Shown: positions 36,518-46,202 of the stretch, in pieces
Numbering within the stretch: the first letter of the stretch is position 1
Layout: every line of letters begins with the position of its first letter
Assembly (NCBI GenBank): GCA_046342815.1
Contig: JBKDOV010000078.1
Location: 2,675 to 66,674 of the forward strand
DNA length: 64,000 nt
Direction: 5' to 3'
Source of the DNA: Cyanobacteriota bacterium
GTDB taxonomy: Bacteria > Cyanobacteriota > Cyanobacteriia > PCC-6307 > Cyanobiaceae
Made by a program: the position numbers and the translations under genes
Notes under the pieces: model-generated
What the model saw: the letters and a program-made list of their open reading frames with translations, nothing else
Database searches by the model: none
Told to the model about the DNA's origin: nothing

Positions 36518-37759
36518 ATGACCGCCTTCCTCGTCACCTACACCACCCGCTCGGGAACCAAACGGGAACTCACCCTCGAAGCCGACAGCCCGGCAGCGGC
36601 CCGGCGGGACCTGCGACGACGCGGCATCCTGCCCAACACCCTGGTGCGCAAGGAAGTCACGGTCGCCCAGCCCACCGCGGCGACCATGGCCTCCAACCGC
36701 CTGAATGAACTGTTGGAGGCAAGGGTGTCCGTGAAGGACAAGGCCCTGTTCGCCAACAAGCTGTCTGCCCTGGTCGATGCGGGAGTGCCGATCCTGCGCA
36801 GCCTCGACCTGATGCGGATGCAGCAGAAATCGCCGAAGCTCAAACGGGCCCTGACGGCGATGTTCCAGGAGGTGAACCAGGGGGACAGTCTCGGCAATGC
36901 GATGCGCCGCTGGCCGCAGGTGTTTGACAACCTCTGCGTCGCCATGGTGGAAGCAGGGGAGGCCGGTGGGGTGCTCGACGAAACCCTCACCCGTCTGGCC
37001 AAACTTCTGGAGGATAATTCCAAACTCCAGAACCAGATCAAGGGGGCGATGGGCTATCCGGTCACCGTTCTGGTGATCGCCATCCTGGTCTTTCTGGGCA
37101 TGACGATCTTCCTGATTCCCACCTTTGCCAACATCTTCGAAGAACTGGGGGCGGAACTTCCCTGGTTCACCCAGTTGATGCTCGATTTAAGCAATCTGCT
37201 GCGCTCCAGCTTCTCCCTGGTGCTGGTTGGTGGATTGCTGATCGGCTCCTACATGTTCGCTCGCTACTACGCCACACCGGCCGGTCGCCGCCAGGTGGAT
37301 GGCGTGATGCTGAAACTTCCCATGTTTGGGGACCTGCTCCAGAAAACCGCCACCGCCCAGTTCTGCCGCACCCTCAGCTCCCTCTCCAAAGCAGGAGTTC
37401 CGATTCTGCAATCGCTGGAGATCGTGCGTGAAACCACCACCAATACCGTGATCGGTGATGCCCTGCTCTCCTCCCGGAATGAGGTGAGCGAAGGGCTGCC
37501 TCTGAGCGCCGCCCTGGCCATGAAGAATGTCTTCCCCGACATGGCCATCAGCATGCTGGCCATCGGCGAGGAAACCGGCGAAATGGACGCAATGCTCTCC
37601 AAAGTGGCCGACTTTTATGAAGACGAAGTGACCGCGACCGTGAAAGTGATGACCTCGATGCTTGAGCCGGTGATGATTGTGCTCGTGGGCGGCATCGTGG
37701 CTTCAATTCTGGTGGCGATGTATCTACCGATGTTCTCCGTGTTCGAAAACATCCGATAG
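36518..37759 (+). CDS. pilC: type IV pilus platform protein (GspF family)
   Basis: 413 aa. Two GspF repeats (FANKLSALVDAGVPILRSL; FCRTLSSLSKAGVPILQSL) and three hydrophobic helices. Confidence 0.9.
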   Translation: MTAFLVTYTTRSGTKRELTLEADSPAAARRDLRRRGILPNTLVRKEVTVAQPTAATMASNRLNELLEARVSVKDKALFANKLSALVDAGVPILRSLDLMRMQQKSPKLKRALTAMFQEVNQGDSLGNAMRRWPQVFDNLCVAMVEAGEAGGVLDETLTRLAKLLEDNSKLQNQIKGAMGYPVTVLVIAILVFLGMTIFLIPTFANIFEELGAELPWFTQLMLDLSNLLRSSFSLVLVGGLLIGSYMFARYYATPAGRRQVDGVMLKLPMFGDLLQKTATAQFCRTLSSLSKAGVPILQSLEIVRETTTNTVIGDALLSSRNEVSEGLPLSAALAMKNVFPDMAISMLAIGEETGEMDAMLSKVADFYEDEVTATVKVMTSMLEPVMIVLVGGIVASILVAMYLPMFSVFENIR

Positions 37760-39031
37760 CCGGATCTCTGCCAGCGCCGAGCCGGCCATCCAACCGGAAC
37801 TCCAGCAGTGCTGGAAGTTGAAACCACCGGTGACCCCATCGATATCAAGCAGCTCCCCCACCAGGAACAAGCCGGGCTGCAGACGGCTCTCCATCGTGGC
37901 CATGTTCACTTCCCCCAGCGGGATCCCTCCGGCGGTCACGAATTCCTCCCCGAAGGGTCCCCTTCCGGCGATCACATAGCGGCTGTCCCGCAGGGCCGTG
38001 ATCAGGCGTTGCTGGGCCCGACGCGGCAGATCGGCCCAGCGCTGCTCGGAGTCGATCGATGCCTCGGCAAGCAGATGCAGCCAGAGCCGCCGGCTGAGTT
38101 CTGGCCACGGCCGCCCGTTGGCCAGCTGCCTGCGGGCCTGAGCCACCCGGGCCTCGGCAAAGCGGCTCTCCAGATCCGCCTGGGAGCATCCGCCGCTCCA
38201 GTCGACCCGCAGCTCACCGCGATACCCCCGATCCCGCAGATCGCGGGCCGCGAAGGCGGTCAACCGCAGAATCGCGGGCCCACTCAGGCCTCGATGGGTG
38301 ATCAGCACGGCCCCCCGCTGCCGCTGAACAGAACCACGGGAGGGGCCGCCGGCCCCTGGGGCAGCCCCGGCGGGAGGCAGCAACTCCAGGGCCACCGGAT
38401 CCATGGCGACCCCGGCCAGATCCTGCAGCGGGTGGTGCTCCAAAGCCAGGCTGAACAAGGAAGGTACAGGCGCCACCAGCCCATGGCCCAGGGAAGTCGC
38501 CAGCCGATGGCCACTCGGGTGGCTGCCGGTGGCCAGCACCAACTGATCACAGGCGAGCACGGCCCCATCCCGGAGGGTGAGCAGGAAGCCGCCCTCGGGC
38601 CTCCTGCAGGCAGTTCGCAACGACTGGCCGGTGCAGAGGCTGACACCGGCGGCAGCGGCCGCCCGCCGGAGGGTGGCCACCACGGCCGTGGATCGGTTGG
38701 CACGGGGAAACATGCGGCCATCGGGCTCCTCCACCAGTTCGAGCCCATGGGCGTCGAACCAGGCCACGGTGTCGCCGCTGGCGAAGCGGGAGAAGGGACC
38801 CCGCAGGGCCTTGCCTCCGCGGGGATAGTGACCCACGAGCGCCCTGGGATCCCAGCAGGCATGGGTCACATTGCATCGGCCGCCGCCGCTGATCAGCACC
38901 TTGTGCAGGGGCTCGGCGGTGGCCTCCAGCACCAGGATGTCCCGCACCCCGGCCTCAGCCGCCGTGATCGCCGCCATGAACCCGGCCGGTCCACCTCCGG
39001 CCACAACCACGGACGCATGGCTCGGCAGCAT
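37724..39031 (-). CDS. HI0933/BaiN-family NAD(P)/FAD-dependent oxidoreductase
   Basis: ATG at 39031 gives MLPSHASVVVAGGGPAGFMAAITAAEAG...ISGGGRCNVTH. The track ORF upstream of this point is antisense to dusA. Confidence 0.85.
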   Translation of the reverse strand: MLPSHASVVVAGGGPAGFMAAITAAEAGVRDILVLEATAEPLHKVLISGGGRCNVTHACWDPRALVGHYPRGGKALRGPFSRFASGDTVAWFDAHGLELVEEPDGRMFPRANRSTAVVATLRRAAAAAGVSLCTGQSLRTACRRPEGGFLLTLRDGAVLACDQLVLATGSHPSGHRLATSLGHGLVAPVPSLFSLALEHHPLQDLAGVAMDPVALELLPPAGAAPGAGGPSRGSVQRQRGAVLITHRGLSGPAILRLTAFAARDLRDRGYRGELRVDWSGGCSQADLESRFAEARVAQARRQLANGRPWPELSRRLWLHLLAEASIDSEQRWADLPRRAQQRLITALRDSRYVIAGRGPFGEEFVTAGGIPLGEVNMATMESRLQPGLFLVGELLDIDGVTGGFNFQHCWSSGWMAGSALAEIRLSDVFEHGEHR

Positions 39032-39037
39032 GGGGGA

Positions 39038-40060
39038 ATGACGCACAGCTACCGCTTCAGTGTGGCGCCCATGCTGGACTGCACGGATCGGCACTTCCGG
39101 GTGCTGATGCGCCAGGTCAGCCGGCATTGCCTGCTCTACAGCGAGATGGTGGTGGCCCGCGCCCTCCACCACATCTGCCAGGAGGGTCCGACCACGGGCA
39201 GCAGCGAACGTCAACGGCGCCTGGAGCGTTTGCTGGGCTTCGATGCAGAGGAGAAGCCCCTGGCCCTGCAGCTCGGCGGTGACGACCCGCAGCTGCTGGC
39301 CAGGGCTGCCCGGCTGGGCCACGAATGGGGCTACGACGAAATCAACCTCAACGTGGGTTGTCCGAGTGAGAAGGTGCAGCAGGGGAGGTTCGGTGCCTGC
39401 CTGATGGCGGAACCGGATCAGGTGGCCCGCTGCGTAGAGGCGATGGGGAACGCCAGCCCGCTGCCGGTGACGGTGAAGCACAGGATCGGAATCGACGACC
39501 GCGATTCCTTCGAGGAGCTGCGGGCCTTCGTGGACACCGTGGCGGCGGCGGGCTGCCATCGGTTTGCGGTTCACGCCCGCAAGGCCTGGCTGGAGGGACT
39601 CGATCCCAAGCAGAACCGCACCATCCCACCGCTGCGCTGGGACCTCGTGCATCAGCTCAAACGGGAGCGGCCCGCCCTGATCGTGGAGCTCAATGGGGGC
39701 CTGGAAGATCTTTCGGACTGCCTGAATCAGCTCCAGCTTGTGGACGGCGTGATGGTGGGCCGGGCCGCCTATGCCCACCCCCTGCGCTGGCGGAGCGTGG
39801 ATGGGGCCATCTTCGGGGACGAAAGCTCCCAGCCCGTGACCGCCTCCGCTGTGCTGCGGGGCTTGCTGCCCCACGCGGAGCGCTGGTGCTCAGGCGGCGG
39901 CAGGCTGTGGGCCATCGGCCGCCACCTGGTGCATGTGGTGGAAGGGGTGAGCGGAGCCCGTCACTGGCGCGCCAACCTGACGCGCAACGCCGGAATGCGC
40001 ACGGCAGGCCCGGAGGTGCTGGAGGCTGCCGCGCGCCAGCTGGAAGAAAGGGGGTACTGA
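39038..40060 (+). CDS. dusA: tRNA-dihydrouridine synthase A
   Basis: ATG at 39038 gives MTHSYRFSVAPMLDCTDRHFRVL. NLNVGCPS, VKHRIG. Confidence 0.92.
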   Translation: MTHSYRFSVAPMLDCTDRHFRVLMRQVSRHCLLYSEMVVARALHHICQEGPTTGSSERQRRLERLLGFDAEEKPLALQLGGDDPQLLARAARLGHEWGYDEINLNVGCPSEKVQQGRFGACLMAEPDQVARCVEAMGNASPLPVTVKHRIGIDDRDSFEELRAFVDTVAAAGCHRFAVHARKAWLEGLDPKQNRTIPPLRWDLVHQLKRERPALIVELNGGLEDLSDCLNQLQLVDGVMVGRAAYAHPLRWRSVDGAIFGDESSQPVTASAVLRGLLPHAERWCSGGGRLWAIGRHLVHVVEGVSGARHWRANLTRNAGMRTAGPEVLEAAARQLEERGY

Positions 40061-40067
40061 GGGGAGC

Positions 40068-40604
40068 TCAGCCTTCGGCGCCGCCGTAGTCGGCGCCGTA
40101 CTCCCCACCACCGCCACTGCGCCGGCGCCGGGCCCGGCCGGCATCGAAGCTGTCGCCACCGCCATAGCTGCGATCTTCCCAATCGCGGGCACCGGAGCCC
40201 CGTTCGCCACCGGCGGCAGCACCGCCATACCCGCCGCCGCCGCCATAGCCACCACCATCTCCACCGCCGCCATAGCCACCGCCACGGCTGTAGCCGCCAC
40301 CACCGCCACCGCCGCCGTAACCGCCGCGACGGGGACCACCGCCCCCACCACCGCCACCGCCGGTGCGTGGTTCCGCCTTATTGATGCGCAGCGGACGACC
40401 CATCAACTCAGCCCCCTGCAGGGCATCGATCGCCCGGGTTTCCATCTCGGGGTCGGCCATCTCGACGAAAGCGAAGCCACGCTTGCGCCCCGTATCCCGC
40501 TCCAGGGGCAGGGAGCAGTTCACCACTTCACCGTATGCGGTGAATAACTCAGCCACGTCTTCCTGCTCAGCACGGAAGGGGAGATTGCCAACAAAAATGC
40601 TCAC
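40068..40604 (-). CDS. RRM-type RNA-binding protein with long Gly-rich tail
   Basis: A probable GTG start at 40604 gives (M)SIFVGNLPF (RNP2) and KRGFAFVEM (RNP1). The C-terminal ~95 aa are GGY/GGR repeats. Confidence 0.88.
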   Translation of the reverse strand: MSIFVGNLPFRAEQEDVAELFTAYGEVVNCSLPLERDTGRKRGFAFVEMADPEMETRAIDALQGAELMGRPLRINKAEPRTGGGGGGGGGPRRGGYGGGGGGGGYSRGGGYGGGGDGGGYGGGGGYGGAAAGGERGSGARDWEDRSYGGGDSFDAGRARRRRSGGGGEYGADYGGAEG

Positions 40605-40691
40605 TGACCGACAAGGGTGATGGACCGATGTGATGGGACCGGATAAATCCTCTGGACCCACTCTTCAAAGGTTAAACCGGTCTCCGGGTTT

Positions 40692-42191
40692 TCACAGGTT
40701 TGTCGGGCCCCCGCTTGCCTGTTTGTTGTCGGATACGGGCAACCGGCGCCGGGCGGTGTCGAGCTGCTGACGCACCTGCTCGAAGCCGGTGCCCCCCTCA
40801 CTGCGGCGTGCCGCCACCACCTGTCTTGGGGCAAGGGCGGCGGTGATGTCGGCCTCGAAGGCAGGATGCAGCTGCTTCCAGCGGTCCAGGGGCAACTCCC
40901 GCAGCAGAACCCCTTCCTGCAGGCAGCGTTTCACCAGCCCCCCCACCAACTGGTAGGCCTCCCGGAAGGGAACCCCACGGGCCACGAGGTAATCGGCCAC
41001 ATCCGTGGCATTGGAGAAATCGGTCTCCACCGCCTGCTCCAGCCGTTCGGTGCGGAAGGAAAGACCCTCCTCGAACAGGATCGCCATCGCCTCGAGGCTG
41101 TCGAGACAGGTACGCACCCCATCGAACAGGGCTTCCTTGTCCTCCTGGAAGTCCTTGTTGTAGGCAAGCGGCAACCCCTTGATCATCGTCAGCAACCCCA
41201 TCAGATGGCCGAACACCCGGCCGCTCTTGCCACGCACCAGCTCGGGCACGTCAGGGTTCTTCTTCTGGGGCATCAGGCTGCTGCCGGTGGCGCAGCGATC
41301 GGTGAGGGAAACGAACCGGAACTCCTCGCTCGCCCAGAGGATCACCTCCTCGCTCAGCCGGCTGAGATGGGCCATCACCAGGCTGGCGGCGGCCATGAAT
41401 TCCACGGTGAAATCCCTGTCGCTGACGGCATCGAGGCTGTTGGCATAGATGCGCTCAAAACCGAGTTCCTGGGCGGTCTGGCGGCGATCGATCGGCACCG
41501 GTGTGCCCGCCAGGGCGGCGGCACCCAGGGGACAGATGTTGACCCGCCGCCGCAGATCGGTGAGGCGCTCACGGTCCCGTTCGGCCATCTCGATGTAGGC
41601 CAGCAGATGGTGGGCCAGGCAGATGGGCTGGGCCCGCTGCAGATGGGTGTAACCGGGAATCAGGGTTTCCGCATGGGCTTCGGCCTGAGCCAGCAGAGCA
41701 GCCTCAAACCGGATCAGGGCGGCGTCGAGCTCATCGATGCGGCGCCGCAACCAGAGCCGCAGATCGGTGCCCACCTGGTCGTTGCGGCTGCGGCCGGTGT
41801 GGAGCTTCTTGCCCAGGGGGCCCAACAACGCAATCAGCCGCCGCTCCACGGCGAAATGCACGTCCTCGTCCTCGAGGCCGGGATGGAAGGCCCCGGCAGC
41901 CGCCTCGGCCCGCACCTGCTCGAGACCCTCGATCAGCTGGAGCGCCTCCGCTTCGGAGATCACGCCGCAGCTTCCCAGCATGCGGGCATGGGCGATCGAA
42001 CCATCCAGATCCTCCTGCAACAGGGCGAGATCAAACCCGATCGAGGCATTGAAACGCTCGATCGCCGGGTGAAGCCCCTGCTCAAAGCGATCACTCCAGC
42101 TGCCCGCGGTGCCGCCTGTCACTCCCGGGGAAGCAGAGGAAGGGGACGCGAACGGGGAATCGGCGGCCATCACGGGCATTGCGCAGCCCAT
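40692..42191 (-). CDS. argH: argininosuccinate lyase
   Basis: [12 protein letters not shown] signature, [19 protein letters not shown]. Start is ATG 42191 or 42179. Confidence 0.95.
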   Translation of the reverse strand: MGCAMPVMAADSPFASPSSASPGVTGGTAGSWSDRFEQGLHPAIERFNASIGFDLALLQEDLDGSIAHARMLGSCGVISEAEALQLIEGLEQVRAEAAAGAFHPGLEDEDVHFAVERRLIALLGPLGKKLHTGRSRNDQVGTDLRLWLRRRIDELDAALIRFEAALLAQAEAHAETLIPGYTHLQRAQPICLAHHLLAYIEMAERDRERLTDLRRRVNICPLGAAALAGTPVPIDRRQTAQELGFERIYANSLDAVSDRDFTVEFMAAASLVMAHLSRLSEEVILWASEEFRFVSLTDRCATGSSLMPQKKNPDVPELVRGKSGRVFGHLMGLLTMIKGLPLAYNKDFQEDKEALFDGVRTCLDSLEAMAILFEEGLSFRTERLEQAVETDFSNATDVADYLVARGVPFREAYQLVGGLVKRCLQEGVLLRELPLDRWKQLHPAFEADITAALAPRQVVAARRSEGGTGFEQVRQQLDTARRRLPVSDNKQASGGPTNL

Positions 42192-42220
42192 CAGCTTGCC
42201 ACTCGGAACCCGGGGGATCG

Positions 42221-43642
42221 CTAGAGCGAGGGCAGCATCACCTCCTCACGAACTTTGAGCACCACCATCGAAGCGTCGTCCTCCAGATGGCGATCCGCCC
42301 CCACGAACCGATCCAACCGGGTGAACAGCTGATCCAGGATCTCCTGCGCGCCGCTGCCGGCACGACACGCCCCCTGAAAGGCCCTCTCCAGCCGCTGCTC
42401 ATCGAAGCGCTCACCACTGAAACCGGTGGCTTCGGTCACCCCATCGGTGTAATAGAGGAGCACGTCACCGGCCTCCAGCACGACTTCGCCCCGGCCATAC
42501 TCCGCCTCGCTCTGGAGACCGATCAGCAGGCCCGGAGCATCGAGCCGCTCCATCCTGGCCGCTGCCCGCCGCCAGATCAGGGGTGGATTGTGGGCGGCGT
42601 TGGCGAAACGGAGCCTGCGGGTGCGGGGATCGAAATCGGAATAGAAGAGCGTGACGAAGCGATGGGAATGGGCGAGATCCTCCTGGGCCAACTGATTGAG
42701 ATCGTGGAGGATGCGATCGGGCGAAAGGCCACTGAGCACCTCCGCCCGCAGCATGCCGCGCAGCAGGGTCATCAGCAGTCCGGCGGGCACTCCCTTTCCC
42801 ATCACATCCCCGATCACCAGGGCCCATTGCCCCTGCTCCCGCTGCCGGCCCGTGGCTTCGGGTCGGGTGGGGATGAAGTCGTAGGAGTCGCCGCCCCCCT
42901 GGTACGCTGGTCGGCAACGGGCCGCCAGCTCCACCCCGTCAATCACCGGGCAGCGATCCGGCAGCAACTGGGCCTGGATCTCGGCACCGATGCTGAGCTG
43001 GCGATCCAGGCGTTCATGGCGGCGCATGTCCTGCTGGAGCAGCTCGTTCTCGAGCGCCACTCCGGTGAGATCCGCCACCAGCTGCAGGTGACGCCGATGC
43101 ACATCACTCCAGCTGTAGCCGCGCCGACCGCTGAACACGTACATCCGACCCAACGGACGGTTGCGCGCCACCACCGACGTGGCGAACAGTTCCACGCCGC
43201 CCAACAGACGACGGATCAGGGGATCGAGAAAGGCGGCGACCGCCTCATCGCCGGCATGGGCCTGCAGCTGGCTGTCGGGCAGCACAGCCAGCTGACGCAG
43301 CAGCTCGGCACACCGTTCGCCGGGAGAGGCCTGCAGCTGGTCGCGGCGGAGGCGACCATCGGGATGGAACACCAGCAACACGCTGCCTTCGGCCTCCACC
43401 AGGCGACCGATGACCACCGGCACCAGCTCAAGAAATCGGCTGAGGTTGGTGAAACTGCGCAGGGCAAACGCCAGCGAGGCGAGCAGTTCCTGATTGCGGC
43501 GCTGCTCGCGGCTGAGGCTGTCGAGCAGCTGACGCAGGGAAGCTGTCACCGAAAGGCCCTGCCCGGTCCGGGGGGGCAACGGTGGCTTCGAAGACCGGGA
43601 AGGCGGCATGCTGCTCAAGGAGCGGCCGCAAGGGACCCGCAA
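42221..43642 (-). CDS. PP2C/SpoIIE-family serine phosphatase with GAF-like sensor (RsbU-like)
   Basis: [29 protein letters not shown]. An N-terminal GAF-like region. Confidence 0.88.
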   Translation of the reverse strand: MRVPCGRSLSSMPPSRSSKPPLPPRTGQGLSVTASLRQLLDSLSREQRRNQELLASLAFALRSFTNLSRFLELVPVVIGRLVEAEGSVLLVFHPDGRLRRDQLQASPGERCAELLRQLAVLPDSQLQAHAGDEAVAAFLDPLIRRLLGGVELFATSVVARNRPLGRMYVFSGRRGYSWSDVHRRHLQLVADLTGVALENELLQQDMRRHERLDRQLSIGAEIQAQLLPDRCPVIDGVELAARCRPAYQGGGDSYDFIPTRPEATGRQREQGQWALVIGDVMGKGVPAGLLMTLLRGMLRAEVLSGLSPDRILHDLNQLAQEDLAHSHRFVTLFYSDFDPRTRRLRFANAAHNPPLIWRRAAARMERLDAPGLLIGLQSEAEYGRGEVVLEAGDVLLYYTDGVTEATGFSGERFDEQRLERAFQGACRAGSGAQEILDQLFTRLDRFVGADRHLEDDASMVVLKVREEVMLPSL

Positions 43643-43678
43643 GGTAGCAGCGTTGAGGCGATCCTGGAGACAGGGACC

Positions 43679-43888
43679 TCAGGGCCGTGGAGCCGTCAGC
43701 CTTCCCGCCACGAAGCCGACCGCCAGCCCCAGGGCCGCACCCTGCAGCTGCAGGATCTGCCGATGGAGGCGCCAGCGCAGTCCCCCCAGGCTGATCCCCA
43801 GCATCAGGGTGATGGCAAGCAGGATCCAGAGGACCGTTCCCTTCGAAGCGGGAAGCAGGCCCCGGCGATCCGCGCTCTCGGAAACCAC
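43679..43888 (-). CDS. possible 69-aa two-helix membrane protein (GTG start)
   Basis: Open frame downstream of ftsY with high GC3: (V)VSESADRRGLLPASKGTVLWILLAITLMLGISLGGLRW...GAALGLAVGFVAG. No ATG is available. Confidence 0.3.
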   Translation of the reverse strand: MVSESADRRGLLPASKGTVLWILLAITLMLGISLGGLRWRLHRQILQLQGAALGLAVGFVAGRLTAPRP

Positions 43889-43955
43889 TTCGGAGACCTC
43901 AGGAGTCCGATCGTTCAAGGGACCAGAACCGGAATCCAGCCATCCTGGCGGAAAA

Positions 43956-45572
43956 TCAACCCGCCAGCAGGGCCTCGACGAACTCAAAGCTATTGAAGGG
44001 CCGCAGGTCGCGGATGCCTTCGCCGGCGCCCACAAACCGGATCGGCAGCCCGGCCTCGGAAGCCACCGCCAGGGCCACCCCCCCGCGGGCACTGCCATCG
44101 AGCTTGGTGAGCACCACCCCCGTGAGCCCGGCGGCACTGGCGAAGGCCATGGCCTGTCGCAGGCCGTTCTGGCCCTGGCTGGCATCCAGCACCAGCAGCG
44201 ACTCCACCACCGCTTCGGGCGCCAGCTTGTCAATGATGCGCCTCACCTTGCTGAGCTCCTCCATCAGGTTGTGCTTGGTCTGGAGTCGACCGGCCGTATC
44301 GACAAGCACCAGGTCGGTGCCCTTGGCCCTGGCGGCACCGATGGCGTCGTAGACGACGGCGGCGGGATCGGCGTTGGAACTTGGATTGGCGATCACGGGC
44401 ACACCACTGCGCTCCCCCCAGACGGTGACCTGCTGGACCGCCGCCGCCCGGAAGGTGTCAGCCGCGGCGATCAGACAGCTGTAACCGCTGCGCACGGCCA
44501 GGTTGGCGAGCTTGCCGAGGGTGGTGGTCTTGCCGACGCCGTTAACCCCCACCATCAGCCACACATTGAGGCGATCGCGCTGGGGTGCCAGCAGGGGTTC
44601 GCCGCTGGCGGTGATCGGCGCATCCAGAAGACCGCGCAGCTGCTGCTTGAGGAAACGGATGCCCTCGGTGGGATCCACCACTTCCTCGTTGAGCCGGCGC
44701 CGCAGGGCCTCCAACACCTGATCGGTGGCCTGAACCCCCACGTCCGCCCGCAGCAGCGTGGTTTCCAGATCATCGAGCACCTCAGGCGTGAGCGGATCCT
44801 CTCCGAGGTTGTCGAGCAACTGGGTGACGAAGCCGCGACGCGTCTTCTCCAGGCCGCGCCGCAAGCGGCCGAGCCAGTCGATCTCCTCGACCGACATCTC
44901 CTCAACGCTGCGCCCCTGGGCAGCGAGCACCTCAGCCGACCAGGTGAAATCCTCATCGAAGGCGCCGAGCTGGGGCTCCGCCTCATCTCCGGCAAGGGGC
45001 TCGGGTCTGACGGCGGGGATGGGCTCCGGTTCGGGCGTGGGGACGACCAGTTCCTCCAGGCGTTGAAGCCGCTGGGCCGCGGCCTGCTCCAGCAGGGAGG
45101 GGGCGGAGGCCGCCACAGGCGGGGCAGGAGGGGCGGGGGGCTGCGGAAGGGGAGCGGGCGCCGCCTGGGGGACAACGGCAGGAGGCTCCGCAGGAGCCTC
45201 GACGGGAGATTCGGAAGGAGGCTCGAGAGAAGGCTCGATGGCCGGCTCGGCGGGGAGAACTTCCGAAGCGGTGGGTTGGGGAGGGGTGGGTTGCGCCTGC
45301 TGGGCCTTGAGGCGGGCGTAGGCCTGGCGCGCCCAGGCAAGGGCGTCCTCATCCACAGCCCCGGGCGCGGGCCCGGCAGTGGAGGCAGGGACAGCGGCTT
45401 CCGGAGTGGAGTCCGGTTGCGGAGTGGAATCCGGTTGCAGTTCCGGTTCCGGTTCCGGCGGCTGGCCGGCGGAACCGGCTGGGGCTTGCTGTTCTTCCCC
45501 GGGTACTGAGCCCCCGTCGGAGTCTCCGCTGGAGCCGCTGGCGGTGGCGCGCTTGAACCAGTCGAACACCAT
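43956..45572 (-). CDS. ftsY: signal recognition particle receptor
   Basis: ATG at 45572 gives MVFDWFKR. GVNGVGKTTTLGKLA, DTAGRLQTK, LTKLDGSARGG. A long acidic, Pro-rich N-terminal linker. Confidence 0.95.
   Translation of the reverse strand: MVFDWFKRATASGSSGDSDGGSVPGEEQQAPAGSAGQPPEPEPELQPDSTPQPDSTPEAAVPASTAGPAPGAVDEDALAWARQAYARLKAQQAQPTPPQPTASEVLPAEPAIEPSLEPPSESPVEAPAEPPAVVPQAAPAPLPQPPAPPAPPVAASAPSLLEQAAAQRLQRLEELVVPTPEPEPIPAVRPEPLAGDEAEPQLGAFDEDFTWSAEVLAAQGRSVEEMSVEEIDWLGRLRRGLEKTRRGFVTQLLDNLGEDPLTPEVLDDLETTLLRADVGVQATDQVLEALRRRLNEEVVDPTEGIRFLKQQLRGLLDAPITASGEPLLAPQRDRLNVWLMVGVNGVGKTTTLGKLANLAVRSGYSCLIAAADTFRAAAVQQVTVWGERSGVPVIANPSSNADPAAVVYDAIGAARAKGTDLVLVDTAGRLQTKHNLMEELSKVRRIIDKLAPEAVVESLLVLDASQGQNGLRQAMAFASAAGLTGVVLTKLDGSARGGVALAVASEAGLPIRFVGAGEGIRDLRPFNSFEFVEALLAG
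45403..45457. repeat. 18-bp x2 and 6-bp x3 tandem repeats inside the ftsY linker
   Basis: GGAGTGGAGTCCGGTTGC / GGAGTGGAATCCGGTTGC, then A, then GTTCCG x3. On the minus strand this encodes PEPEPELQPDSTPQPDSTPE. Confidence 0.85.
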
Positions 45573-45576
45573 CGAA

Positions 45577-46194
45577 TTACACCTTCGCGGCCGTGAACCG
45601 GCGCAGAACGCCATTGATCATGCGGCGACCCTGCTCGTCGCTGTAGCGATTGGCCAGCTCCACCGCCTCATTGCAGGCCACGGCAGAGGGGGTGCGGAAC
45701 ACATCAAGGTCCACCACGGCCAGCCGCAGGATGTCGCGATCGATGCGCGGCAGCCTGGTGAGACGCCATCCCTCCATCACGGCATCGAGGCGGCCATCGA
45801 TGGCAGTGCGGTCCTGAAACACGGCCCGGGCACGATCCACGGCACCGCGCCGCACCTCTTCCTGGTCGGCAAGCAGCAGCAGGCGCGGCAGCTCCAGGCT
45901 GGCGGAGAGGCGATTGAGGGCGGCTTCGCCATGGGCCAGGCCTTCCTGGAGATGCTGGCGCACCCGGGGAAGCCCCTGCTCGCCGTTTTCCTGAAGCTCG
46001 CTCTCGAGCAGCTGCTGCTGGGCCTGTTGAAGATCCTCGGCCGAACGGTCCAGGGCATCCCGCACGTGCTGGCTGAGGCTGGCGAGGGCCTGCTGCAGCA
46101 GAACATCAAGCGGAAGTTCCGCCACGGGAACTCGATCGCTGATCTGACCGAGCATCAGCAGGGCCAGTTCACGGGAAAGGGTGCGACTCTGCAT
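45577..46194 (-). CDS. nusB: transcription antitermination factor NusB
   Basis: ATG at 46194 gives MQSRTLSRELALLMLGQ. The C-terminus is AVELANRYSDEQGRRMINGVLRR. Confidence 0.9.
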   Translation of the reverse strand: MQSRTLSRELALLMLGQISDRVPVAELPLDVLLQQALASLSQHVRDALDRSAEDLQQAQQQLLESELQENGEQGLPRVRQHLQEGLAHGEAALNRLSASLELPRLLLLADQEEVRRGAVDRARAVFQDRTAIDGRLDAVMEGWRLTRLPRIDRDILRLAVVDLDVFRTPSAVACNEAVELANRYSDEQGRRMINGVLRRFTAAKV

Positions 46195-46202
46195 CGGATC
46201 AA

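Noticed and set aside
39032-39874. Upstream extension of the 716-aa - strand ORF; likewise 37808-39037 of the 750-aa + strand ORF
   Set aside because: Each extension is antisense to the other gene's validated coding region. Conserved N-termini (MLPSHASVVVAGGGPAGF; MTHSYRFSVAPMLD) define the true starts at 39031 and 39038.
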